Both the position numbers and the translations under genes were made by a program. Below are positions 57,430-64,000 of a stretch of 64,000 bases of DNA, piece after piece. Numbering within the stretch: the stretch's first letter is position 1; the number at the start of each line of letters is the position of its first letter. Location of the stretch: positions 124,001 through 188,000 of the IMG/VR virus record IMGVR_UViG_3300047157_000197; one strand, 5' to 3'. The notes under the pieces were generated by a model. It searched no databases, was not told the origin of the DNA, and worked only from the letters and a program-made list of their open reading frames with translations.

Positions 57430-58425
57430 ATGAGCAAAATTTTCCAAGAAAGAATTCCATTTAAACCATTTGAATATCCAATCTACTATACAGAAGGTTG
57501 GTTAAAACAGGCACAGGCATTTTGGTTACATACTGAAATACCGATGCAGGGTGATGTAAAAGATTGGAATGAACGTTTAACCCCAGCTGAGAAAAACTTA
57601 GTGGGGAATATTCTACTTGGTTTTGCTCAAACTGAATGTGCAGTTTCTGATTATTGGACTAATATGGTTACCGATTGGTTTCCTAAACACGAGATAAGAC
57701 AGATGGCGATGATGTTTGGTTCACAAGAAACAATTCATGCTACTGCATATTCATACTTAAATGAAACATTAGGATTAGATGACTTCTCAGCGTTTTTGCA
57801 CGAACCTGCAGTTGCTGAGAAGTTTGAACTCCTTACTGCTACTACTAACAATTGGACACATGAAGATTTGGCAACAAATCCAAAAGCAAGACAAGAAGTT
57901 GGTAGAAGTTTAGCAATCTTCTCTGCATTTAGTGAGGGAGTATCCCTATACTCTTCATTTGCAGTACTCTACTCATTCCAAATGAGAAATCTACTAAAAG
58001 GTATCGGACAACAAATGAAATGGTCTGTAAGAGATGAATCTCTACATTCTAAGATGGGTTGTCAATTGTTCAGACATATGTGTGAAGAATATCCTACATT
58101 ATTAGATGAGTGTAAAGAATCAATAGAAGAGGCTTCAAGATTAATCGTTCAGTTAGAAACAAACTTTATTGATATGATATTTGAACAAGGTGATTTAGAA
58201 AACCTTGAGAAAGAAGATTTAAAAGAGTTTATTAAAGCAAGAACAAATACAAAATTACAAGAATTGGGCTATAACCCTATTCACGAATTCGATAAACCGA
58301 AGGCTGAAAAGCTAGAATGGTTTTATCATCTTACAGGTGGACTCACTCATACTGATTTTTTTGCTGTTAGACCTACTGATTATAGTAAGGCTAATGAAGG
58401 TGAAGATTGGGGTGATTTATTTTAA
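57430..58425 (+). CDS. nrdB: Ribonucleotide reductase class I beta subunit
   Basis: PFEYP, AQTE, ETIHATAY, EGVSLYSSF, RDESLH, TDFF. Confidence 0.95.
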   Translation: MSKIFQERIPFKPFEYPIYYTEGWLKQAQAFWLHTEIPMQGDVKDWNERLTPAEKNLVGNILLGFAQTECAVSDYWTNMVTDWFPKHEIRQMAMMFGSQETIHATAYSYLNETLGLDDFSAFLHEPAVAEKFELLTATTNNWTHEDLATNPKARQEVGRSLAIFSAFSEGVSLYSSFAVLYSFQMRNLLKGIGQQMKWSVRDESLHSKMGCQLFRHMCEEYPTLLDECKESIEEASRLIVQLETNFIDMIFEQGDLENLEKEDLKEFIKARTNTKLQELGYNPIHEFDKPKAEKLEWFYHLTGGLTHTDFFAVRPTDYSKANEGEDWGDLF

Positions 58426-58429
58426 ATAA

Positions 58430-59020
58430 ATGAAAAACAAAAAGGTTACAATAACAGATACGAGAATATCGTATCAAGAAGATGATTCCAAAATTGTAAT
58501 GGATGTAATATCCAAAGAACTGATGGAATTTTATTCTAATATAGTTACACAAAATGGTGGAAAGGTATTAGATGTTGGATTTGGTTTAGGGTATAGTGCT
58601 AATGCAATCTATAATAAGGTTGGTAATTATCATTGTATTGAATCAAACCCACAAATCTTTAAGGAGGCTCAGAAGTGGGCTGAAGATAAAGAGGATGTTC
58701 ATTTATATTTTGGTAATTGGGTAGATGTAATCCCAACTTTAGATGTTAAGTTTGATGGTATCTTTATGGATACTTACGATGACCCTAACTATTCTAAGTT
58801 TGAAGATTATTCAAAACTAATTTCAAATGAAAATTGTGTATTATCAGTTTTTAGTTATTTTGCATTAAGAGATACTAAAGATTTACATTCACATTATTTT
58901 GAAATTAAATCAAAATATAGAGAAAGCTATCCAAAAATAATTGAAAAGGGACACACTTGTAATTGGAGTTATTTTATAGATAGTAAATTCCAAAAAAAGA
59001 AATTAAATGAAACCATTTGA
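58430..59020 (+). CDS. Class I SAM-dependent methyltransferase, GAMT/RMT2-like
   Basis: GGKVLDVGFGLGYSA, IESNPQ, GNWVDV, FDGIFMDTY. Confidence 0.8.
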   Translation: MKNKKVTITDTRISYQEDDSKIVMDVISKELMEFYSNIVTQNGGKVLDVGFGLGYSANAIYNKVGNYHCIESNPQIFKEAQKWAEDKEDVHLYFGNWVDVIPTLDVKFDGIFMDTYDDPNYSKFEDYSKLISNENCVLSVFSYFALRDTKDLHSHYFEIKSKYRESYPKIIEKGHTCNWSYFIDSKFQKKKLNETI

Positions 59021-59429
59021 TTATTTAAACACAAGTGTTAAATCATATATAAGAGTAAGTAAAATACATGGAATTGGTTTATTTACTTTGGTTGATATAA
59101 AAAAAGGAGAACATATTTTTCCACTATGGAAAGGAAAAACTGATTGGTATAAAATAAAGTTTAGTAAAGCTAAGTTATTACCAAAAGAAGTATTATCATA
59201 CATACTTCGTTCTTATGGTTCAAAAATAGAAAATGATAATTCAGACATCAATTTTAGATTGGTAAAGGATACTAACTTTTTATTTTCAAACCCATTGTGT
59301 TTACTTAATACCGAATATGAAAATGGTAATGTAGATACTAACGGTATAGCAATAAAGGATATAAAAATAAATAAAGAGATAACAGCAACCTATACAGGCG
59401 AAGGTTACTCACAAGTAAAATTAATATAA
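59007..59429 (+). CDS. SET-domain protein (degenerate NHS motif)
   Basis: SKIHGIGLFTLVDIKKGEHI ... LLNTEYENGNV ... IAIKDIKINKEITATY. Confidence 0.7.
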   Translation: MKPFDYLNTSVKSYIRVSKIHGIGLFTLVDIKKGEHIFPLWKGKTDWYKIKFSKAKLLPKEVLSYILRSYGSKIENDNSDINFRLVKDTNFLFSNPLCLLNTEYENGNVDTNGIAIKDIKINKEITATYTGEGYSQVKLI

Positions 59430-59430
59430 A

Positions 59431-61215
59431 ATGGCAGTAAAAAATTACGGTGACGAATTAGGTTGGGAACTTGATGTAGATTTCCCATCATGGGCAAATA
59501 CAGAGATATACGTTAAAACAATATCAAATGGATATTTGTTACCAGGTGAAAAACCAAAGGATGCCTATTGGAGAGTTGCATCAAGAGTTGCAATGAGATT
59601 AGAAAAACCTCAGTTAGCAACCAAATTCTTTGATTACATTTGGAAAGGTTGGTTAAACTTAGCAACACCAGTTCTTTCAAATACTGGTACTGATAGAGGA
59701 TTACCTATATCTTGTTTTGGTATTGATGTTGCCGATTCTATATATGATATTGGTTCAAAGAACTTAGAACTAATGTTACTTGCAAAACATGGTGGTGGTG
59801 TTGGAATTGGTGTAAATCAAATTAGACCAGCAGGAGCTACTATTACAGGTAATGGAACATCAGATGGTGTTGTACCATTTTGTAAAATATACGATTCTAC
59901 AATACTTGCAACAAACCAAGGTTCGGTAAGAAGAGGAGCAGCATCTGTTAACCTTAATATTGAACACGAAGATTTCGAAGAATGGTTAGAAATCAGAGAA
60001 CCTAAAGGAGATGTAAATAGACAATCACTTAATCTACACCAATGTGCAGTTGTAGGTGATAAGTTTATGAGAAAACTTGAACAAGGAGAACCTGATGCGA
60101 GAAGAAAGTGGGGAAAATTACTACAAAAAAGAAAAGCAACTGGTGAACCATACATCATGTACAAAGGGAATATCAATAAAGCTAATCCTGAAATGTACAA
60201 AAAAAATGGATTAAAAGTTCATATGACAAACATATGTTCTGAAATTACTTTACATACAGATGAGAACCATTCATTTGTTTGTTGTTTATCATCAGTAAAT
60301 CTTGCTAAGTACAACGAGTGGAGAGATACTGATTTAGTTTATACAGCAACTTGGTTCTTAGATGGAGTACTTTCTGAATTTATTCAAAAGGCTAAAAACA
60401 TGAAAGGGTTTGAACATTCTGTTGCATCTGCTGAAAAAGGTAGAGCATTAGGATTGGGAGTTTTAGGATGGCACACTTACCTACAACAAAATGGTATTCC
60501 ATTTGAAGGTATGGAGGCTCAATTTGAAACTCGTAAGATTTTTTCTCAGTTAAAGATAGAATCAGAAAGAGCATCAAGAGATTTAGCATCAGAATATGGT
60601 GAACCTCTATGGTGTAGAGAAAGTGGATTTAGAAATACTCACTTAAGAGCAGTTGCTCCAACAGTTAGTAACTCTAAATTAGCTGGAAATGTATCTGCTG
60701 GTATTGAACCATGGGCGGCGAATGTATTCACCGAACAAACTGCAAAAGGAACTTTCATTAGAAAGAACAATGAGTTAGTAAAGGTTTTAAGAAAAGCAGG
60801 TATCAATAACAAAGAAACTTGGGATAAGATAATGGAAGATGGTGGTTCTGTTCAAGGTATTAAAGAACTTGATAAGTGGTGTTACTTAGCTGGTAAAATG
60901 GTACTTTGTAATGATGTAGAAAATGGAGATAGAGATAAGATTTATCCTGTTAAAGATGTTTTCAGAACTTTCAAAGAAATAAATCAAATGGATTTGGTTA
61001 AACAAGCTGGTGTAAGACAACAGTATATTGACCAAGGAGTTTCATTAAACTTAGCATTCCCTTCCATTGCATCACCGAAATGGATTAATCAAGTAACTAT
61101 GGAAGCTTGGAAACAAGGAATTAAAACGTTGTATTATATGAGAACTGAATCAGTTCTTAGAGGTGATATAGCAACACGAGCAGTTGATCCCGATTGTGTG
61201 GCATGTGATGGTTAG
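59431..61215 (+). CDS. nrdA: Ribonucleotide reductase class I alpha subunit (no ATP cone)
   Basis: ATPVLSN, ISCF, NQGSVRRGA, TNICSEI, APTVSNS, KTLYY, C-terminal CVAC. Confidence 0.95.
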   Translation: MAVKNYGDELGWELDVDFPSWANTEIYVKTISNGYLLPGEKPKDAYWRVASRVAMRLEKPQLATKFFDYIWKGWLNLATPVLSNTGTDRGLPISCFGIDVADSIYDIGSKNLELMLLAKHGGGVGIGVNQIRPAGATITGNGTSDGVVPFCKIYDSTILATNQGSVRRGAASVNLNIEHEDFEEWLEIREPKGDVNRQSLNLHQCAVVGDKFMRKLEQGEPDARRKWGKLLQKRKATGEPYIMYKGNINKANPEMYKKNGLKVHMTNICSEITLHTDENHSFVCCLSSVNLAKYNEWRDTDLVYTATWFLDGVLSEFIQKAKNMKGFEHSVASAEKGRALGLGVLGWHTYLQQNGIPFEGMEAQFETRKIFSQLKIESERASRDLASEYGEPLWCRESGFRNTHLRAVAPTVSNSKLAGNVSAGIEPWAANVFTEQTAKGTFIRKNNELVKVLRKAGINNKETWDKIMEDGGSVQGIKELDKWCYLAGKMVLCNDVENGDRDKIYPVKDVFRTFKEINQMDLVKQAGVRQQYIDQGVSLNLAFPSIASPKWINQVTMEAWKQGIKTLYYMRTESVLRGDIATRAVDPDCVACDG

Positions 61216-61786
61216 TATTTTATGTACATCACGAAGTGGGTCAACTAATTTATCACTATACCTAAAGAAAGTTTTAGATTTAGGTTTAGTAAACACTCCC
61301 TTTATAAATAATGAGGGGTTAATTGGTTCTTTGAAAAAAAATAATTTGTATAAACTTATGATTCATAGGTTACCTAGTGGTTATAGTGATTTATACAAAT
61401 TTGGTAAAGATGTTATAAGTTTATCTGATGCTGTTGTTTTATATGATAGAAAAGATAAATTACAACAATCTGAATCATTGGCATTTAGAAAACTAAAATA
61501 CGAAAATGATTTTAGTAAATATCATATAAGAGAACCATATGATAATATCGATGAGAATGTGGTAAATAAATGTTTGTTACAATACAATAAACAAACAGAT
61601 GTTATAACAAAATTATCAAAAGATTTCAACATTCCAATTTTTTGGTATGAAGAAATATATTACGAAGATGGTTTACAAAAATTATCTGATTATTTAAAAA
61701 TAAAAATAAATAAAAAAACAAGAGAGCAGTTTTTATCAACTAACAAAAAACAAAGAATAAATAATTTAAAAGGAGAATTGATATGA
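61208..61786 (+). CDS. Sulfotransferase-like protein (Stf0/P-loop type)
   Basis: ILCTSRSGSTNL (5'-PSB loop), YDRKDKLQQSES (3'-PB), IFWYEEI; ATG at 61208 overlaps the end of nrdA. Confidence 0.65.
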   Translation: MVSILCTSRSGSTNLSLYLKKVLDLGLVNTPFINNEGLIGSLKKNNLYKLMIHRLPSGYSDLYKFGKDVISLSDAVVLYDRKDKLQQSESLAFRKLKYENDFSKYHIREPYDNIDENVVNKCLLQYNKQTDVITKLSKDFNIPIFWYEEIYYEDGLQKLSDYLKIKINKKTREQFLSTNKKQRINNLKGELI

Positions 61787-62046
61787 TACAAGTAAAGAAA
61801 TTTTATGCAGAATGGTGTGGACCGTGTAAGGTTCTAACACCCCTAATGGAAAATGTAAAAACAAAGTTTTCAAATGTTAAATTTGAAAATGTGGATATTG
61901 ATTCACAATTTGAAATAGCTCAAAAATACTTTGTTCGTTCAGTCCCAACGGTAATTATAGAAAAAAATGGTAAAGAAGTTGAAAGATTTGTAGGAGTTCA
62001 ATCAGAATTGGCTTATATAAATGCTTTAAATGAAAATTTATCATAA
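61783..62046 (+). CDS. trxA: Thioredoxin
   Basis: FYAEWCGPCK, VRSVPT. Confidence 0.92.
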   Translation: MIQVKKFYAEWCGPCKVLTPLMENVKTKFSNVKFENVDIDSQFEIAQKYFVRSVPTVIIEKNGKEVERFVGVQSELAYINALNENLS

Positions 62047-62050
62047 ATAA

Positions 62051-62082
62051 TTTGGAAATACCAAATAAATTTCGTATATTTG
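62051..62082 (+). promoter_or_regulatory. Bacteroidetes-type promoter
   Basis: TTTG-N20-TATATTTG. Confidence 0.75.
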
Positions 62083-62103
62083 TATAACAAATAAATAAAC
62101 TAT

Positions 62104-62346
62104 ATGGCAAACATTAAATTTGTACATCAAGAAGAAAAACAAATTAAAATAAAGGGAACTCCTAAAGTTCCATTTACTAAGAGCAAAAAATTAACTAGTA
62201 TGACTGGTGGTAACCCGTTATATTATATTGATATTGAAGAAGCATTTAAATTAAAATTAGATTCTGTCTGTAATTTCACTCAAAAACATCCTCAAGACGA
62301 GAATTATGCTCTTATCACTATTCCAATAAATCGAGAAGAAAATTAA
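62104..62346 (+). CDS. Hypothetical protein
   Basis: 80-aa ORF after the promoter. Confidence 0.55.
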   Translation: MANIKFVHQEEKQIKIKGTPKVPFTKSKKLTSMTGGNPLYYIDIEEAFKLKLDSVCNFTQKHPQDENYALITIPINREEN

Positions 62347-62357
62347 AATATAAATTT

Positions 62358-62558
62358 ATGTCAAAAACCGCATGGTTTTTTAGTAATAGGTTACGAGGGG
62401 AATCTCATCCCAGGTCAAAATTAACATCTGAACAAGTAATCCAAATAAGAGAACTTTATTCTAAAGGATTTTCTACTAATGTAATTGCCCGAAACTTCAA
62501 AGTATCGGCTTGGAATGTAGAAGAAATTTGTAAAAGAAGAACCTGGACTCATTTATAA
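62358..62558 (+). CDS. Stand-alone helix-turn-helix DNA-binding protein (resembles the C-terminal domain of HNH endonucleases)
   Basis: RGESHPRSKLTSEQVIQIRELY...IARNFKVS...I..RRTW.HL. Confidence 0.65.
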   Translation: MSKTAWFFSNRLRGESHPRSKLTSEQVIQIRELYSKGFSTNVIARNFKVSAWNVEEICKRRTWTHL

Positions 62559-62571
62559 ACAAAATTAAAAT

Positions 62572-63270
62572 ATGACAGTTATAGAAGCAACTTCACCTGG
62601 TGATGCTTGGGTAAAAGTATCAAAACATTTATTAGAACATGGTGTAAGAGTAGGTAATCTTACAGAAGAACTTAATGTGATTACCGAAATCACAGAATTT
62701 AAATCAGATGATTGGTTTGATGGACACTTCAGAGAAATTATGGGAGATGATAGAATTGATTTCGCTAAAACAGTAACCTTTCTTAAACCAGAACAAAAGA
62801 AATCAGATAACCCATTCTTTGATGAGGGAGAGGGATTAGATTATAAATTTATTAAAGACCATTACCATCAATCCTATTGGGGTAGAATGGTATCTTGGAG
62901 AGGTGAATTTAATCAAATAGAAAATGTAATCAAAATTCTATCAACTGGTAAAGCAGTAAAACGATGTGAACTTATTATTTTTGACCCTAAGAAAGATGCA
63001 AGGAATCCATATTCACAACCTTGTATGGTTATGATTGATTTAAAACCAAGAAATGGTAAATTATATCTAACATCAGTACTTCGTTCAAATAGAGTATCTA
63101 AAAGTGGTTATGCAGATTACACAGCATTAACCGAAATGGGACATTTCCTTGCTGAACAAAGTGGATTAGAATTAGGAAAAGTAACTACCCTCGCTTGTTC
63201 GTGTCATATTGGTGATATGGATAATGAAAAAAAGAAAACAAACAAGTTATTAGAAGTATTAAATAGATAG
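62572..63270 (+). CDS. Thymidylate synthase / dCMP hydroxymethylase-like protein (atypical)
   Basis: QSYWGR, QPCM (catalytic Cys), LRSNRVSKSGYADY, SCHIG. Confidence 0.7.
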   Translation: MTVIEATSPGDAWVKVSKHLLEHGVRVGNLTEELNVITEITEFKSDDWFDGHFREIMGDDRIDFAKTVTFLKPEQKKSDNPFFDEGEGLDYKFIKDHYHQSYWGRMVSWRGEFNQIENVIKILSTGKAVKRCELIIFDPKKDARNPYSQPCMVMIDLKPRNGKLYLTSVLRSNRVSKSGYADYTALTEMGHFLAEQSGLELGKVTTLACSCHIGDMDNEKKKTNKLLEVLNR

Positions 63271-63271
63271 T

Positions 63272-64000
63272 ATGTGTGGAATCGTGGCAACAATTGGATA
63301 TTCTCGTAATGAGGTAGACGATATGTTAGAAGTTATTTCTCATCGAGGTAAAGATAATAGAGGAATAGAAGAATTTGATTATAATGGTAAAAAAGTATGC
63401 TTAGGACATAATCGTTTATCTATTAATGATATATCTCCTTTAGGCAACCAACCAATGAGTTTTGAAAATACTCACTTAATTGTAAATGGTGAGATTTGGA
63501 ACTACCCACAACTTAGAAAAGAATATGAAGAACGAGGATATATTTTTAAATCATCATCAGATTCGGAAATTATATTATACCTTTATAAAGAAAATGAATT
63601 ACAGAGATTAGATGGAATGTTTTCCTTTGTTATATATGATGATAACAAATTAATATTATCTCGTGATTGGGTTGGTAAAATACCTCTTTACATCTATAAT
63701 ACAAACAAATATATTGTTGCTAGTGAATTAAAATCTATACTTGGATATAATGAAACATCAGATATTAGATTCGTTCCAAAAAACTCATTAGTAGAGATTG
63801 ATTTAGATACTGATGAATTTAAAGTAACTAGCGATTTTTATTTTAAATGGTCATCGGATGTAACAAAACCAAAATCAAGTAAAGAAGTTGGTGAAACCAC
63901 ATTTAAATTATTAGAAAGAGCAGTAGATAAACGATTATTATCAGATGTTCCAATTGCAACATCATTAAGTGGAGGTATTGATTCTGCTATTATAACTTAC
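63272..64000 (+). CDS. Asparagine synthetase (glutamine-hydrolysing)-like amidotransferase; 3'-truncated by the window
   Basis: MCGI, HRGKD, LGHNRLSINDIS..GNQPM, VNGEIWNY, SRDWVGKIPLY, SLSGGIDSA. Confidence 0.9.
   Translation, partial: MCGIVATIGYSRNEVDDMLEVISHRGKDNRGIEEFDYNGKKVCLGHNRLSINDISPLGNQPMSFENTHLIVNGEIWNYPQLRKEYEERGYIFKSSSDSEIILYLYKENELQRLDGMFSFVIYDDNKLILSRDWVGKIPLYIYNTNKYIVASELKSILGYNETSDIRFVPKNSLVEIDLDTDEFKVTSDFYFKWSSDVTKPKSSKEVGETTFKLLERAVDKRLLSDVPIATSLSGGIDSAIITY

Noticed and set aside
38441-62082. Repeated 27-35-bp elements as a CRISPR array
   Set aside because: Copies are dispersed over kilobases in front of genes, not regularly spaced with spacers; no cas genes.
62358-62558. 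Homing endonuclease
   Set aside because: Only the DNA-binding HTH part is present, with no HNH or GIY-YIG catalytic motif.

Overview
This 64-kb window comes from a large, AT-rich (about 30% GC, by eye), contractile-tailed dsDNA bacteriophage (jumbo-type myovirus). Essentially every credible gene is on the + strand and uses the standard genetic code. The host is very probably a Bacteroidetes (Flavobacteria-like) bacterium: intergenic regions repeatedly carry TTTG-N20-TATATTTG promoters, and a Bacteroidetes-type Hc1 histone-like gene is present. Layout: (1) 1-24.4 kb, very large Ser/Gly/Thr-rich virion fibre and decoration genes, a glycosyltransferase and a Hint-domain protein; (2) 24.8-37.6 kb, tail sheath, tube, frameshifting chaperone pair, tape measure and baseplate; (3) 37.6-52 kb, accessory cassettes (PhyH dioxygenase, LPD29, B12-radical SAM, minimal PolA, lipoprotein nuclease, NEIL1-like glycosylase, GHKL-nuclease fusion); (4) 52-64 kb, replication and nucleotide metabolism (SSB, RecA/UvsX, 5'-3' exonuclease, helicase, NrdAB, thioredoxin) mixed with modification enzymes (Hc1, RMT2/GAMT-like and SET methyltransferases, sulfotransferase, atypical thymidylate-synthase homologue, AsnB-like amidotransferase). 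The best candidates for new biology are: a repeat-bounded GHKL/MORC-PD-(D/E)XK cassette whose mRNA ends can pair; an atypical TS-homologue + amidotransferase base-modification locus; an Hc1 + SET + Arg-methyltransferase module; a phage protein closely resembling animal NEIL1; and a pervasive [ST]-G-S motif on exposed virion proteins that may be a modification sequon. All family calls come from motif recognition by eye; no searches were run.
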